NCBI GenBank assembly: GCA_945878835.1
Contig: CAMCUG010000001.1
Span: 1-32,489, forward strand
Direction of reading: 5' to 3'
Length of the DNA stretch: 32,489 nucleotides
Origin: Chryseobacterium gleum
GTDB taxonomy: Bacteria > Bacteroidota > Bacteroidia > Flavobacteriales_D > Sanyastnellaceae
Position numbers and translations under genes: made by a program. Shown here piece after piece: positions 8,140-19,843 of this stretch. Positions within the stretch are counted from its first letter, which is position 1; each line of letters starts with the position of its first letter. Below the pieces are notes generated by a model, which saw only the letters and a list, made by a program, of their open reading frames with translations, did not search any database and had not been told where the DNA came from.

Positions 8140-9231
8140 ATGAAATCACTTCGACTTATACTTGTTTTATCGCTGTTTGCTTTTTCCGGAAAAATCTTTT
8201 CTCAAGGCTTTCCAATTTCTGTTATTGTTTCGAATGCAGATTGTGCTGTAACAGTTACGGGAACTTACGTAGATTCCATAACAGGAGTTAGCGGATCGTT
8301 TCAACTTTTCGCCGCTGATCCAGCAGGTAGCTCGTACACGGGTACTATAAGTTTAAACACATTTGCAACAAATTATGTTGTCACAGTTTGTGCAACAGAT
8401 TGCAATGGAATTACCAATTGCGCTTCAGGTCCGATGGTTCCAGGTGCAGTAACGACTTTCAATATCGACATGGGTAATGGGGCCGGAATAGTTGACAATG
8501 ACGGAGACGGTTTCAATAGTTTCGCTGATTGTAACGACAACGACGCTTCAATTAATGCGAATGCAACTGAGGTATGCGATGGTATTGACAACAACTGCGA
8601 CGGTATTGTAGACGAAGGATGTTCAACAGGTGGTTGCACAACTGATATCATTTTGGTTGCGGATTCTTTGATTTCAGATCCATTTAACGTGGTAATTTAT
8701 ATGCCTGGAGCAAACAGCGCTACGGGAACATACATTTGGAGTTTTGGTGATGGCAATACTGCAACAACAATGTTTCCAACTTGGCAATATACAGAGATTG
8801 GCACTTACACCGTTTGTGTTACTGTGGTTTTTCCCGATGGTTGCACGGCAACAGATTGCGTTACTTTCACAGTTAACGCAGACGGAACAACTACTCCAGG
8901 AGGAATTAACATGCAAGGCTTCACCTTGAATGTGGTGGGAACAATGCCAAATCCAAATGCAGTTGCTGAAATTTCTTCAGCAAATGATTTCATGATTTTC
9001 CCAAATCCAGTTTCTGAATCAGCTACCATTCAATGGAACGCCACAGCAACTGAGCAAGGAAGATTGGATATCTTCAATGCGCAAGGACAATTGATCTCTA
9101 CAGAGCGTTACACGCTATCTGCCGGGGCTCAACAAGTTGAGTTGAACACACAGTCACTTTCTGGTGGAATGTACATTGTTCGCAGTGTATCGAACGCAGG
9201 TGCTGTTCGACAAACAACATTTGTAAAGTAA
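8140..9231 (+). CDS. Secreted protein with a MopE-type putative metal-binding motif, a PKD-like domain and a T9SS type A sorting domain
   Basis: The ATG at 8140 gives the signal peptide MKSLRLILVLSLFAFSGKIFSQ; the track start at 8104 is GTG. DNDGDGFNSFADCNDNDASINANATEVCDGIDNNCDGIVDEGC is at 8494-8622. The PKD-like stretch is WSFGDGNTAT..GTYTVCVTV. The tail is MIFPNPVSE...GMYIVRSVS...TTFVK. Confidence 0.9.
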   Translation: MKSLRLILVLSLFAFSGKIFSQGFPISVIVSNADCAVTVTGTYVDSITGVSGSFQLFAADPAGSSYTGTISLNTFATNYVVTVCATDCNGITNCASGPMVPGAVTTFNIDMGNGAGIVDNDGDGFNSFADCNDNDASINANATEVCDGIDNNCDGIVDEGCSTGGCTTDIILVADSLISDPFNVVIYMPGANSATGTYIWSFGDGNTATTMFPTWQYTEIGTYTVCVTVVFPDGCTATDCVTFTVNADGTTTPGGINMQGFTLNVVGTMPNPNAVAEISSANDFMIFPNPVSESATIQWNATATEQGRLDIFNAQGQLISTERYTLSAGAQQVELNTQSLSGGMYIVRSVSNAGAVRQTTFVK

Positions 9232-9250
9232 TTCATCAGATTTTATTTTG

Positions 9251-9281
9251 AAGGGTCGACCGATGGTCGACCCTTTTTTTT
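9251..9281 (+). terminator. Rho-independent terminator of the 8140-9231 gene
   Basis: GGGTCGACC (9253-9261), loop GAT, GGTCGACCC (9265-9273), then T8 (9274-9281). Confidence 0.8.
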
Positions 9282-9313
9282 ATGCAATGAATTGCTCGAG
9301 GGATATGAGCCAA

Positions 9314-9345
9314 ATAAAAAAGAGCCGCAGTTGCGGCTCTTTTTA
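9314..9345 (-). terminator. Rho-independent terminator downstream of rpoC (hairpin flanked by A and T runs, potentially bidirectional)
   Basis: AGAGCCGCA (9321-9329) pairs with TGCGGCTCT (9332-9340). On the minus strand the stem is followed by TTTTTT. Confidence 0.75.
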
Positions 9346-9366
9346 AGTTTTGAAGTAGGGAAGATG

Positions 9367-12300
9367 TTATGCTTCTTCTACTGGGGCATTTGCACCGCGC
9401 TTCGCCATAATGTTGACTAAGTCTTCGCTGTTGCCTACTAACATTTTTTGGAATCGACGTCCACCTGTACCCGCAGGTATCGGGTGACCAACGATAACGT
9501 TTTCTTTCAATCCGTTCAAGAAGTCTGTTTTTCCTTGGACAGCCGCTTCGTTCAATACTTTCGTAGTCTCTTGGAACGACGCTGCGGAGATCCATGAATC
9601 TGTTTGCAACGATGCTCTTGTGATACCTTGAAGAATTGGGCGGGCAGTAGCTGTAATGGCTTCACGAGATTCCATTACTGCACGGTCCTTACGCTTCAAC
9701 TCAGAGTTTTCAGTTCTGAATTGCAATGCAGAAATAACCTGACCTGCTAAGAATTTCTCAGAATCACCCGGTTCAGTAACAACTACTTTGTCGAATAACA
9801 AATCGTTTTCATCAATGAATTCAGCTTTGTCTACCGTGCTTCCTTGTAGGAAACGTGTATCGCCTGCATCGAGAATTTCAACTTTGCGCATCATTTGACG
9901 AACAATAACTTCGAAATGCTTGTCATTGATTTTTACACCTTGTAAACGATATACCTCTTGAATTTCATTCACCAAGTATTCTTGAACTGCAGTTGGTCCT
10001 TGAATGTCTAGGATATCTCCAGGAGAGATAGCACCATCAGACAATTGCATACCTGCGCGAACAAAGTCACCATCTTGCACCAAGATGTGCTTAGCAAGGT
10101 TGATCAAATATTTCTTCTCTTCTCCAGTACGTGAGCGAAGGATAATCTCGCGGTTACCGCGTTTGATTTTCCCGTATTCAACGATACCGTCGATTTCCGC
10201 AACGTTTGCAGGATTCGATGGGTTACGTGCTTCGAATAATTCGGTAACACGTGGAAGACCACCGGTGATGTCACCACCACGACCAGCCATACGAGGGATC
10301 TTAGCAAGAATACTTCCTTTGGTAATTTTCGTCTTGTTTTCAGTGTTCAAGTGAGCACCTACTGGAAGAGAATATACCTTAACCACTTCTTTGCCGCGAA
10401 CGACTTCGATGCTTGGGTTTTTCTTCTTGTCTTTTGTCTCAATAATAATTTTCTCAGAGAATCCGGTTTGCTCATCGACTTCAGTTTTGAAGGTAATTCC
10501 TTCTTCAATGGCGTCGAAGTTGATTGTTCCATCTTCTTCAGTGATGATCACACTGTTGAACGGATCGAATTCACAAATCACATCATTCTTCTTAACAATA
10601 TCTCCAGTGTTTACAAGCAGAACCGAACCGTAAGGAAGATTCATTGTAGCCATGGTGATTCCTGTTTTCTCGTCGTTAATTTTCAATTCAGCAGAACGAG
10701 CAACAACTACAGTAACTGTAACATTGTTTTCTTTTCTTTCAACTGTACGAAGATCTTCGATTTCAACGATACCAGAATATTTCGCTTTCAAGTCAGAATC
10801 AATAGCCGAACCAGACGCAGCACCACCCGTGTGGAACGTACGAAGAGTCAACTGTGTACCCGGCTCACCAATAGACTGTGCAGCAATAACACCAACAGCC
10901 AATCCTTCTTGAACCAAACGAGCAGAGGCAAGGTCACGACCGTAACACTTTGCACAAACTCCACGTTTGCTTTCGCAGGTTAATACAGAACGAATTTCCA
11001 CTTCTTCAATTCCAGCTGCTTCAATAGCATCTGCAATCTCTTCAGAAATTTCCTGAACCGATTCTACAAGCAGTTCATTTGTTTCAGGGTGGTATACATC
11101 GTGAACAGAAGTTCTACCTAAGATACGATCGCGAAGACTTTCAACAATTTCATCAGATTTCTTCAATGCATTTGTATTCAATCCGCGAAGTGTACCACAG
11201 TCAACTTCGTTAATAATAACATCTTGTGCAACGTCAACCAAACGACGAGTTAAGTAACCCGCATCCGCCGTCTTCAATGCTGTATCGGCCAAACCTTTAC
11301 GAGCACCGTGGGTAGAGATGAAGTACTCTAAGATCGACAAACCTTCTTTAAAGTTCGCCAAGATCGGGTTCTCAATCATGTCTTGTCCACCTGCTCCAGC
11401 GTTCTTCTGAGGCTTAGCCATCAGACCACGCATACCAGCTAACTGACGAATTTGTTCTTTAGATCCACGAGCTCCGGAATCATACATCATGTAGATGCTG
11501 TTGAATCCTTGTTGGTCGGTCTTCAAACGATCCATAAGAATGTTTGTCAAACGCGAGTTCGTGTTCGTCCAGATGTCAATGATTTGGTTGTAACGTTCGT
11601 TGTTAGTAATAAGACCCATGTTATAGTTCTCAAATACTTCAGCAACTTTGTTCGTCGCTTCTCCAACAAGTTTTTCTTTCTCGTTAGGAACAACTACATC
11701 TGTCAATTTGAACGACAATCCGCCCTTGAATGCCCAATAGTATCCAAGATCTTTCATGTCATCTAAGAACTTAGCAGCGCGAGCAATACCAACAATCTTA
11801 AGAATGTTTCCGATAATATCACGGAGAGCTTTCTTCGTAAGAAGTTGATTAATGAATCCAACCTCAGGTGGAACGATTGCATTAAATAATACGCGTCCAG
11901 CTGTTGTCTCAATAATACTAGGCTCAGCATTCATATCGTACCAACGTACTTTTATGAAAGCGTGCAAGTCTAATTGACCTTCGTTGAATGCGATAATAAC
12001 TTCTTCTTTCGAATAGTAAGTTCTTCCTTCACCACGACAAGGTTTCTCTTCAGTACCCTCACGGCCTTTAGTAATGTAATAAAGACCCAAGACCATATCC
12101 TGTGATGGAACCGTGATTGGTGCACCATTCGCAGGGTTAAGGATGTTGTGAGAAGCCAACATTAACAATTGGGCTTCCAAAATTGCAGCACTTCCAAGTG
12201 GAACGTGAACAGCCATTTGGTCACCATCAAAGTCAGCGTTGAATGCAGTACAAACAAGAGGGTGAAGTTGAATTGCTTTTCCTTCAATCAACTTGGGTTG

Positions 12301-13665
12301 GAATGATTGAATACCAAGTCTGTGAAGGGTAGGAGCACGGTTCAACAATACTGGGTGTCCTTTCAAAATGTTCTCAAGGATATCCCAAACAATTGCTTCT
12401 TTTTTATCTACGATTTTCTTAGCAGATTTAACTGTCTTCACAATACCACGTTCAATCATCTTACGAATGATAAATGGTTTGAAAAGCTCAGCTGCCATAT
12501 CTTTTGGCAATCCACATTCGTGTAGTTTCAATTCTGGTCCAACAACAATTACCGAACGAGCAGAATAGTCAACACGCTTACCCAATAAGTTCTGACGGAA
12601 ACGTCCTTGCTTACCTTTCAATGAATCTGAAAGTGATTTAAGCGGACGGTTGCTTTCAGTCTTAACAGCAGAAGATTTACGGCTGTTATCGAACAATGAA
12701 TCTACTGCTTCTTGAAGCATGCGCTTCTCGTTACGCAAAATTACATCAGGTGCTTTAATTTCTAATAGACGCTTAAGACGGTTGTTACGAATAATAACGC
12801 GACGGTAAAGGTCATTCAAATCGGAAGTTGCGAAACGACCACCATCCAATGGAACAAGTGGACGAAGTTCTGGTGGAATAACCGGAACAACGCGAGTGAT
12901 CATCCACTCTGGGCGGTTGATTACACGTGTGTTTGCATCACGGAAGCTCTCAACAACACTCAAGCGCTTTAACGCTTCGTTTTTACGTTGTTGTGAAGTC
13001 TCACGGTTTGCTTTGTCGCGCAATTCAAATGACAATGCATCTAAATCTAAACGAGCTAACAAATCGTGAAGTGCTTCAGCACCCATTTTCGCTATGAATT
13101 TGATTGGGTCTTTATCATCCAAGTACTGATTCTCACGTGGAAGTTGCTCTTGGATATCCAAGTACTCCTCTTCAGTTAAGAATTGCCCCGCTTCCAAACC
13201 GCTTCCTTCTGCATCAGTAACTGGACCAGCATTGATTACAACATAGCGTTCGTAATAAATGATTTGATCCAATTTCTTAGAAGGCATACCTAGAAGGTAT
13301 CCGATTTTGTTTGGAAGTGAACGGAAGTACCAAATGTGAGCTACCGGAACAGTAAGGGAAATGTGTCCCATACGCTCGCGACGAACTTTCTTTTCAGTAA
13401 CCTCAACACCACAACGGTCACAAACGATACCCTTGTAACGGATACGCTTATATTTTCCGCAATGACATTCGTAGTCTTTTACAGGACCGAAAATCTTTTC
13501 ACAGAAAAGACCTTCACGCTCTGGCTTATAGGTACGGTAGTTAATGGTTTCTGGCTTCATTACCTCTCCTGAAGATCTCTCTAAGATCTCTTCTGGTGAA
13601 GCTAATGAGATAGTGATTGATTTAAAATCACTGGTTGGCTTTGCTACTTTTTTTGCTTGAAGCAT
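9367..13665 (-). CDS. rpoC: DNA-directed RNA polymerase subunit beta'
   Basis: 1432 aa. It has the NADFDGD catalytic motif, the zinc-finger [23 protein letters not shown] and the N-terminal [17 protein letters not shown]. Confidence 0.99.
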   Translation of the reverse strand: MLQAKKVAKPTSDFKSITISLASPEEILERSSGEVMKPETINYRTYKPEREGLFCEKIFGPVKDYECHCGKYKRIRYKGIVCDRCGVEVTEKKVRRERMGHISLTVPVAHIWYFRSLPNKIGYLLGMPSKKLDQIIYYERYVVINAGPVTDAEGSGLEAGQFLTEEEYLDIQEQLPRENQYLDDKDPIKFIAKMGAEALHDLLARLDLDALSFELRDKANRETSQQRKNEALKRLSVVESFRDANTRVINRPEWMITRVVPVIPPELRPLVPLDGGRFATSDLNDLYRRVIIRNNRLKRLLEIKAPDVILRNEKRMLQEAVDSLFDNSRKSSAVKTESNRPLKSLSDSLKGKQGRFRQNLLGKRVDYSARSVIVVGPELKLHECGLPKDMAAELFKPFIIRKMIERGIVKTVKSAKKIVDKKEAIVWDILENILKGHPVLLNRAPTLHRLGIQSFQPKLIEGKAIQLHPLVCTAFNADFDGDQMAVHVPLGSAAILEAQLLMLASHNILNPANGAPITVPSQDMVLGLYYITKGREGTEEKPCRGEGRTYYSKEEVIIAFNEGQLDLHAFIKVRWYDMNAEPSIIETTAGRVLFNAIVPPEVGFINQLLTKKALRDIIGNILKIVGIARAAKFLDDMKDLGYYWAFKGGLSFKLTDVVVPNEKEKLVGEATNKVAEVFENYNMGLITNNERYNQIIDIWTNTNSRLTNILMDRLKTDQQGFNSIYMMYDSGARGSKEQIRQLAGMRGLMAKPQKNAGAGGQDMIENPILANFKEGLSILEYFISTHGARKGLADTALKTADAGYLTRRLVDVAQDVIINEVDCGTLRGLNTNALKKSDEIVESLRDRILGRTSVHDVYHPETNELLVESVQEISEEIADAIEAAGIEEVEIRSVLTCESKRGVCAKCYGRDLASARLVQEGLAVGVIAAQSIGEPGTQLTLRTFHTGGAASGSAIDSDLKAKYSGIVEIEDLRTVERKENNVTVTVVVARSAELKINDEKTGITMATMNLPYGSVLLVNTGDIVKKNDVICEFDPFNSVIITEEDGTINFDAIEEGITFKTEVDEQTGFSEKIIIETKDKKKNPSIEVVRGKEVVKVYSLPVGAHLNTENKTKITKGSILAKIPRMAGRGGDITGGLPRVTELFEARNPSNPANVAEIDGIVEYGKIKRGNREIILRSRTGEEKKYLINLAKHILVQDGDFVRAGMQLSDGAISPGDILDIQGPTAVQEYLVNEIQEVYRLQGVKINDKHFEVIVRQMMRKVEILDAGDTRFLQGSTVDKAEFIDENDLLFDKVVVTEPGDSEKFLAGQVISALQFRTENSELKRKDRAVMESREAITATARPILQGITRASLQTDSWISAASFQETTKVLNEAAVQGKTDFLNGLKENVIVGHPIPAGTGGRRFQKMLVGNSEDLVNIMAKRGANAPVEEA

Positions 13666-13715
13666 TTTGTGCAGTTTGAATGTCTATTTAAAAATTCTTT
13701 TCGTTGTCTGATGAA

Positions 13716-16700
13716 TTAATTCTGATTCAGATTAATGCTTAATCCTAATCCTCTTAATTCATGTAGCAATACGTTGAACGATTCTGGAATACCCGGCTGT
13801 GGCATGGCGTCTCCTTTAACAATCGCTTCGTACGTCTTCGCTCTTCCGATTACATCGTCAGATTTAACGGTTAAGATTTCCTGAAGGATATTGGCAGCTC
13901 CATAAGCTTCCAATGCCCAAACTTCCATCTCTCCGAAACGTTGACCTCCGAATTGTGCTTTACCACCCAACGGTTGTTGCGTGATCAATGAGTATGGTCC
14001 GATTGAACGCGCGTGCATCTTATCGTCAACCATGTGGCTCAGTTTGATCATGTATATCACACCCACAGTAGCTTCTTGTTCGAAACGAACACCAGTCCCA
14101 CCATCGCACAAGTATGTCACACCAAAGCGTGGTACACCTGCAGCGTCGGTCTGACTAACAATATCATCCATTGATGCACCATCGAAAATAGGAGTAGCGA
14201 ATGTTTGTCCGGTTTTTTGTCCAGCCCATCCTAAGATGGTTTCGTAAATCTGTCCTAAGTTCATACGTGACGGCACCCCTAGTGGGTTCAACACGATATC
14301 TACTGTTGTTCCGTCTTCCAAGAATGGCATGTCTTCATCGCGAACGATACGTGCAACAATACCCTTGTTACCGTGACGACCAGCCATCTTATCACCCACA
14401 CGTAATTTACGTTTTTGAGCAATATAAACTTTAGCCAACTTCACGATACCAGCCGGTAGTTCATCACCAACAGTCAATTGGAATTTCATACGCTTGTATG
14501 AACCTAACAATTCATTGTGTTTCAAGTTGAAGTTGTGAACGCAACGACGAACAAGTGAATTCACTTTTTCATCTTTTGTCCAAGACTCTGTATTTACAAC
14601 ACTGTAATCAATTGCAGAAAGAACTTTAGCATTGAACTTCGTTCCTTTCTTGATTTGCTCTTCTTTGAAGTAGTTGAACACACCTTGACAAGGAAGATCT
14701 TTCACAATTGCAAGAATCTTGTCTACAAGAATCTTTTTCAATTCACCGTTGTCCTTATCGTGGTCTTTGTCTAATGCTTCAAGAACTGCTTTATCTGCAC
14801 TGTTCTTCGTTTTCTTTTCCTTAACTGTTCTACTGAACAATTTCTTTCCAATTACAACACCTGTTGCACTTGGTGGAACTTTCAAAGAAGCGTCTTTGAC
14901 ATCACCTGCGCGCTCACCGAAGATTGCACGAAGAAGTTTTTCTTCCGGTGTTGGATCCGTTTCTCCTTTCGGAGTGATCTTACCAATAAGAATATCTCCT
15001 TCCTTCACTTCAGCACCTACGCGGATAATTCCGTTTTCATCTAGATCACGCGTAGCCTCTTCACTTACGTTTGGAATGTCTGAAGTTAATTCTTCAACAC
15101 CACGCTTGGTATCACGCACCTCAGTGGTGTACTCATCGATGTGAATTGAAGTAAACCAGTCATCACGAACAACACGCTCGGAGATAACGATAGCATCCTC
15201 GAAGTTGTAACCTTTCCAAGGCATGAATGCCACTTTCAGGTTACGACCTAAAGCCAATTCGCCTTTACGAGTTGCATATCCTTCAACCAAGATTTGTCCA
15301 AGAGTAACTTTGTCACCTTTCTTCACCATTGGGCGAAGGTTGATACACATACTTTGGTTGGTCTTACCGAACTTACGCACCGTGTAGGACTTAGTAGCGC
15401 TATCGAAGCTAACCAATTCGTCGTCGTCGTTACGCTTGTATTTGATACGAATTTCTTCGCTATCTACATACTCAATCACACCATCTCCCTCTGCGGTAAG
15501 AAGAACACGAGAATCTTTAGCAACGTATGCTTCCAATCCAGTTCCAACGATAGGAGCTTCTGGACGAAGAAGTGGTACGGCTTGACGCATCATGTTCGAT
15601 CCCATCAACGCACGGTTAGCATCATCGTGTTCCAAGAAAGGAATAAGTGATGCCGCGATAGAAGCGATTTGGTTTGGAGCAACGTCCATGTAGGCAACTG
15701 CAGAAGGCGCAATAACCGGGAAGTCACCTTCCAAACGCGCTTTCACTTTAGTGCCTAAGAACTTACCTGAATCGTCGATGTCTGCAATCGCCTGTGCAAT
15801 TACTTTAGAATCTTCGTCTTCAGCAGTAAGGTATGTTACTCCGTTGTTGTTCATTGAAACTTTTCCATTTTCAACCTTGCGGTAAGGAGTTTCGATGAAA
15901 CCTAATTTGTTAATTTTAGCATAAACGCAAAGAGAAGAAATCAAACCAATGTTTGGTCCTTCCGGAGTTTCAATAGTACACAAGCGACCGTAGTGGGTGT
16001 AGTGTACGTCACGAACCTCGAAACCTGCACGCTCACGCGAAAGTCCACCTGGACCAAGTGCCGACATACGGCGCTTGTGGGTAACTTCGGAAAGTGGGTT
16101 TGTTTGGTCCATGAACTGAGAAAGCTGGTTTGTTCCGAAGAACGAATTGATAACCGAGCTTAATGTTTTTGCGTTAATCAAGTCAATAGGAGTGAAGACC
16201 TCGTTATCACGAACGTTCATACGCTCACGAATGGTACGAGCCATTCGAGTAAGTCCTACTGCGAATTGATTGTAAAGTTGCTCACCAACGGTACGAACAC
16301 GACGGTTCGACAAGTGGTCAATATCATCAACGTCTGCTTTCGAGTTAACTAACTCGATTAGGTAACGAATGATGCTTAAGATATCTTCTTTTGTTAAAGT
16401 ACGTTGATTAAGAGACATGTTCAATCCCAACTTGCGATTGATACGGAAACGTCCTACTTCACCAAGGTCATAGCGTTGTTCTGAGAAGAACAATTTGTCG
16501 ATTACACCGCGAGCTGTTTCCAAATCTGGTGGCTCGGCGTTACGCAATTGACGGTAGATATATTCAACCGCTTCTTTTTCAGAGTTGGTTGTATCCTTTT
16601 GAAGAGTATTGTGAATTAATGTGAAGTCAGCAGCATTCGACTCTTCTTTATGAAGAACGATTACTTTGGTTCCACTTTCAACAATGATATCGATGTGTGA

Positions 16701-17540
16701 ATCTTCAAGAACAACGTCACGATCTAAGATCAATTCGTTACGCTCGATAGAAACAACTTCAGAAGTATCTTCATCTACGAAGTCTTCGATCCAAACTTTC
16801 AACACACGTGCTGCAAGTTTACGACCCACAACTTTTTTCAATCCAGCTTTAGAAACTTTCACTTCTTCTGCAAGGTTGAATATTTCAAGAATTTCACGAT
16901 CGCTTTCGAATCCGATAGCACGAAGTAGGGTAGTTACAGGTAACTTCTTCTTACGATCGATGTAAGCGTACATGGCATTGTTGATGTCTGTCGCGAATTC
17001 AATCCAAGAACCCTTGAAAGGAATGATACGAGCAGAGTACAACTTTGTGCCATTTGCGTGACGTGATTGACCGAAGAACACACCTGGAGAACGGTGTAAT
17101 TGAGAAACAATTACACGCTCAGCACCATTGATTACGAATGAACCTTGGGGGGTCATGTAAGGAATAGTACCCAAGTAAACGTCTTGCACGATGGTTTCGA
17201 AATCTTCGTGCTCTGGATCGGTACAATACAGTTTTAGTTTTGCTTTTAGAGGAACGCTGTACGTTAGTCCGCGTTCGATACACTCTTCTATAGTATATCT
17301 CGGAGGATCGATAAAGTAGTCTAAGAATTCCAACACGAACTGGTTGCGCGTGTCTGTAATAGGGAAGTTCTCGGAGAATACCTTGAAAAGACCTTCCGAT
17401 ATTCGGTTTTCAGGATTGGTTTCGAGTTGAAAGAACTCTTTAAACGAGGCGAGCTGAATTTCCAAGAAATCAGGGTACTCGTAAAAATTTTTGGTCGATG
17501 AGTAGTTAACTCGATCTGTTAGTTTCTTTAGCGTTGCCAA
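13716..17540 (-). CDS. rpoB: DNA-directed RNA polymerase subunit beta (TTG start codon)
   Basis: 1274 aa with conserved blocks throughout ([33 protein letters not shown]). The only start-type codon after the upstream in-frame TAA is the TTG at 17540-17538. The next in-frame Met is more than 120 codons into conserved sequence. Confidence 0.97.
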   Translation of the reverse strand: MATLKKLTDRVNYSSTKNFYEYPDFLEIQLASFKEFFQLETNPENRISEGLFKVFSENFPITDTRNQFVLEFLDYFIDPPRYTIEECIERGLTYSVPLKAKLKLYCTDPEHEDFETIVQDVYLGTIPYMTPQGSFVINGAERVIVSQLHRSPGVFFGQSRHANGTKLYSARIIPFKGSWIEFATDINNAMYAYIDRKKKLPVTTLLRAIGFESDREILEIFNLAEEVKVSKAGLKKVVGRKLAARVLKVWIEDFVDEDTSEVVSIERNELILDRDVVLEDSHIDIIVESGTKVIVLHKEESNAADFTLIHNTLQKDTTNSEKEAVEYIYRQLRNAEPPDLETARGVIDKLFFSEQRYDLGEVGRFRINRKLGLNMSLNQRTLTKEDILSIIRYLIELVNSKADVDDIDHLSNRRVRTVGEQLYNQFAVGLTRMARTIRERMNVRDNEVFTPIDLINAKTLSSVINSFFGTNQLSQFMDQTNPLSEVTHKRRMSALGPGGLSRERAGFEVRDVHYTHYGRLCTIETPEGPNIGLISSLCVYAKINKLGFIETPYRKVENGKVSMNNNGVTYLTAEDEDSKVIAQAIADIDDSGKFLGTKVKARLEGDFPVIAPSAVAYMDVAPNQIASIAASLIPFLEHDDANRALMGSNMMRQAVPLLRPEAPIVGTGLEAYVAKDSRVLLTAEGDGVIEYVDSEEIRIKYKRNDDDELVSFDSATKSYTVRKFGKTNQSMCINLRPMVKKGDKVTLGQILVEGYATRKGELALGRNLKVAFMPWKGYNFEDAIVISERVVRDDWFTSIHIDEYTTEVRDTKRGVEELTSDIPNVSEEATRDLDENGIIRVGAEVKEGDILIGKITPKGETDPTPEEKLLRAIFGERAGDVKDASLKVPPSATGVVIGKKLFSRTVKEKKTKNSADKAVLEALDKDHDKDNGELKKILVDKILAIVKDLPCQGVFNYFKEEQIKKGTKFNAKVLSAIDYSVVNTESWTKDEKVNSLVRRCVHNFNLKHNELLGSYKRMKFQLTVGDELPAGIVKLAKVYIAQKRKLRVGDKMAGRHGNKGIVARIVRDEDMPFLEDGTTVDIVLNPLGVPSRMNLGQIYETILGWAGQKTGQTFATPIFDGASMDDIVSQTDAAGVPRFGVTYLCDGGTGVRFEQEATVGVIYMIKLSHMVDDKMHARSIGPYSLITQQPLGGKAQFGGQRFGEMEVWALEAYGAANILQEILTVKSDDVIGRAKTYEAIVKGDAMPQPGIPESFNVLLHELRGLGLSINLNQN

Positions 17541-17573
17541 AGTGTTTCGTTTTAAAGGTTATAAATCCTATGC

Positions 17574-17599
17574 ACAAAAACTGACGGACATTTCCGTCA
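17574..17599 (-). terminator. Second terminator-like hairpin in the rplL-rpoB spacer
   Basis: The minus-strand RNA reads UGACGGA-AAUG-UCCGUCA followed by GUUUUUG. Confidence 0.5.
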
Positions 17600-17601
17600 T
17601 G

Positions 17602-17646
17602 AAATAAAAAAACAAGTTTAGGCCCACCCGAAGGTAAGGCCTAAAC
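17602..17646 (-). terminator. Intrinsic terminator/attenuator between rplL and rpoB
   Basis: The minus-strand RNA reads GUUUAGGCC-UUACC-UUCG-GGUG-GGCCUAAAC (a 9-bp outer stem plus an inner stem capped by a UUCG tetraloop) followed by UUGUUUUUUUAUUU. Confidence 0.75.
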
Positions 17647-17666
17647 TGTGGTTCGATGTCGTAATC

Positions 17667-18038
17667 TTACTTGATTTCAACTTTTGCCCCTGCTTCTTCT
17701 AGTTGTGTTTTCAAGCCGTTTGCTTCGTCTTTAGTAACACCTTCTTTCAAAGGAGATGGAGTTTTGTCTACTACATCCTTAGCTTCTTTCAAGCCAAGAC
17801 CAGTAAGATCTTTCACTAATTTAACTATTGCCAATTTGTTTGGACCTACTTCAGTAAGAATAACATCGAAAGATGTTTGTTCTTCTGCAACTGCAGCACC
17901 AGCGCCAGGACCAGCCATAACAACTGACGCAGCAGCGGGCTCAATTCCATAATCGTCTTTTAAAATGGTAGCCAATTCGGTAACTTCCTTAACGGTAAGA
18001 CTAACGAGGCCTTCAGCCATTGCTTTCAAATCTGCCAT
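17667..18038 (-). CDS. rplL: 50S ribosomal protein L7/L12
   Basis: 123 aa with an Ala-rich hinge and the C-terminal [19 protein letters not shown]. Confidence 0.98.
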   Translation of the reverse strand: MADLKAMAEGLVSLTVKEVTELATILKDDYGIEPAAASVVMAGPGAGAAVAEEQTSFDVILTEVGPNKLAIVKLVKDLTGLGLKEAKDVVDKTPSPLKEGVTKDEANGLKTQLEEAGAKVEIK

Positions 18039-18077
18039 TGTATTTGATTTTAATCGGTTCTTTTAAATTGGAACATA

Positions 18078-18590
18078 TTAGGCGCTATGTTCCTCTTGCG
18101 CTTTTTGTTTTTCAGCATGGTTCAACAGTGCAGAAATAACGTTGCGTGCAGGCGACTGCAACAAACCAATAATTTCGCCAATCATCTCTTCTTTGCTCTT
18201 CAGCGCTACAAGAGTGTCTAACTGATCATCTCCAACATATACATCTTCACGTATAAGCGCACCTTTAAGGGCAGGCTTATTTGTACCTTTTCTGAAATCC
18301 TTAATCAAACGAGCTGGAACGTTTGCTACCTCTGCAATCATTACCGCTGTATTGCCTTTCAGCACAGGGTAAAGACCCGAGAAGTCAGTTCCTTCAACAC
18401 GCTCCATCGCTTTCTTCAACAAGGTGTTTTTCACCACGCGCATTTGCACGTTTTGTTTGAAGCATTCGCGACGAAGATTGCTGGTTGCCTCGGCGTTTAA
18501 GGAAACCGTGTCAGTGATATACAAAATGGGAGCACTGCTCAACATTTCCACTAACTCGGCGATTTCTGTGTTCTTTTGTTCTTTGTTCAT
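18078..18590 (-). CDS. rplJ: 50S ribosomal protein L10
   Basis: L10-like sequence in the conserved position. The ATG at 18590 (MNKEQKN) is preferred over the TTG at 18599 in the ORF track. Confidence 0.95.
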   Translation of the reverse strand: MNKEQKNTEIAELVEMLSSAPILYITDTVSLNAEATSNLRRECFKQNVQMRVVKNTLLKKAMERVEGTDFSGLYPVLKGNTAVMIAEVANVPARLIKDFRKGTNKPALKGALIREDVYVGDDQLDTLVALKSKEEMIGEIIGLLQSPARNVISALLNHAEKQKAQEEHSA

Positions 18591-18619
18591 AAAGTACAAT
18601 CCTCCGATTTAACCAGCAA

Positions 18620-19312
18620 TTAGCTCACTGATTTGGTTTCAACTTGAACACTTGGACTCATTGTTGAAGAAACATAAATGCTCTTCATATAAGTTCCTTT
18701 TGCAGCAGAAGGCTTTAATTTCACCAAAGTAGAAATTAATTCACTCGCATTTTCAGCCAATTGGGTTGCGTCGAAAGACACACGACCAATACTTGCATGA
18801 ACGATACCAGCTTTATCAACTTTAAAGTCGATATTACCAGCCTTCTTTTCTGTAACAGCTTTTCCAACATCCATCGTAACTGTACCGGTCTTTGGGTTAG
18901 GCATTAATCCTCGGGGACCGAGAATTCTTCCTAAAGCTCCAACCTGTCCCATTACGCTAGGTGTGGTAATAATAACGTCAACGTCGGTCCATCCGCCCTT
19001 AATCTTGTCGATGTATTCCGTTAATCCTACGTGGTCTGCGCCAGCTGCTCTAGCCTCTGCTTCCTTGTCAGGAGTACAAAGTACTAAAACGCGAACGTCT
19101 TTACCAGTTCCGTGAGGAAGTGATACAGTTCCACGAACCATTTGGTTGGATTTTTTCGGGTCTACTCCGAGGCGAACGGCAAGATCCACAGACGCGTCAA
19201 ACTTTGTGCTTGTAATTTTCTTAACAAGCGACGCTGCTTCGGGCAAAGAGTACGTTTTTAAATTGTCGTACTGTGCCACTGCGGCTTTCATTTTTTTGCT
19301 GAGGGTTCCCAT
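18620..19312 (-). CDS. rplA: 50S ribosomal protein L1
   Basis: 230 aa with [34 protein letters not shown] and [15 protein letters not shown] motifs. Confidence 0.98.
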   Translation of the reverse strand: MGTLSKKMKAAVAQYDNLKTYSLPEAASLVKKITSTKFDASVDLAVRLGVDPKKSNQMVRGTVSLPHGTGKDVRVLVLCTPDKEAEARAAGADHVGLTEYIDKIKGGWTDVDVIITTPSVMGQVGALGRILGPRGLMPNPKTGTVTMDVGKAVTEKKAGNIDFKVDKAGIVHASIGRVSFDATQLAENASELISTLVKLKPSAAKGTYMKSIYVSSTMSPSVQVETKSVS

Positions 19313-19329
19313 TGCTTAATTACCTCTGA

Positions 19330-19767
19330 TTAAAAAGGGCGTTCACCGGTTACTTGTATACCTAGACTACGTGCTGTACCAGCTACCATTTTCATGGCAG
19401 ACTCAACGGTAAAACAGTTTAAGTCAGGCATTTTATCTTCTGCAATAGCTTTAACTTGTTCCCAAGTTACGCTACCCACTTTCTGACGGTTAGGTTCTGC
19501 AGCACCTTGCTTAGCTTTGGCGGCATCTAACAGTTGAACAGCGGCAGGAGCAGTCTTAATTACAAATTCAAAGGACTTGTCCTTATAAACAGTAATTAAC
19601 ACAGGGCACACTTTACCAGCTTTATCTTGGGTTCTAGCATTGAATTGCTTACAGAACTCCATGATGTTTACACCTTTAGAACCTAATGCAGGTCCTACTG
19701 GTGGTGCAGGGTTAGCGGCGCCTCCTTTGATTTGCAGCTTTACAAAACCAGCTACTTCTTTCGCCAT
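19330..19767 (-). CDS. rplK: 50S ribosomal protein L11
   Basis: 145 aa with [35 protein letters not shown]. Confidence 0.98.
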   Translation of the reverse strand: MAKEVAGFVKLQIKGGAANPAPPVGPALGSKGVNIMEFCKQFNARTQDKAGKVCPVLITVYKDKSFEFVIKTAPAAVQLLDAAKAKQGAAEPNRQKVGSVTWEQVKAIAEDKMPDLNCFTVESAMKMVAGTARSLGIQVTGERPF

Positions 19768-19793
19768 ATTACTTATTTTATTTATTTTGTTCC

Positions 19794-19843
19794 GGTGTTT
19801 AACGGGAAGCGAAGCGTAACCTTATGTGATTACGTTAAACACC
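19794..19843 (-). promoter_or_regulatory. Structured RNA element in the nusG-rplK spacer (candidate L1-binding translational operator)
   Basis: A perfect 11-bp stem pairs GGTGTTTAACG (19794-19804) with CGTTAAACACC (19833-19843) and encloses 28 nt. An inner hairpin CGUAAUC-ACAUAA-GGUUACG leaves an asymmetric bulge. No U tail follows on the minus strand, so it is not a terminator. It ends 26 nt before the rplK ATG. Confidence 0.4.

Noticed and set aside
9236-9595. 119-aa minus-strand ORF spanning the rpoC 3' end and the intergenic terminators
   Set aside because: It is out of frame with rpoC over most of its length and crosses two terminator hairpins, so it is spurious.
10004-10983. Long plus-strand ORFs (116 and 210 aa, plus several of 80-141 aa at 14719-15650 and 21144-21488) antisense to rpoC, rpoB and tuf
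   Set aside because: They lie entirely inside strongly conserved genes on the other strand. Their low-complexity Ser/Phe/Thr-rich translations have no recognisable motifs. This is typical of open antisense frames in genes with biased codon usage.
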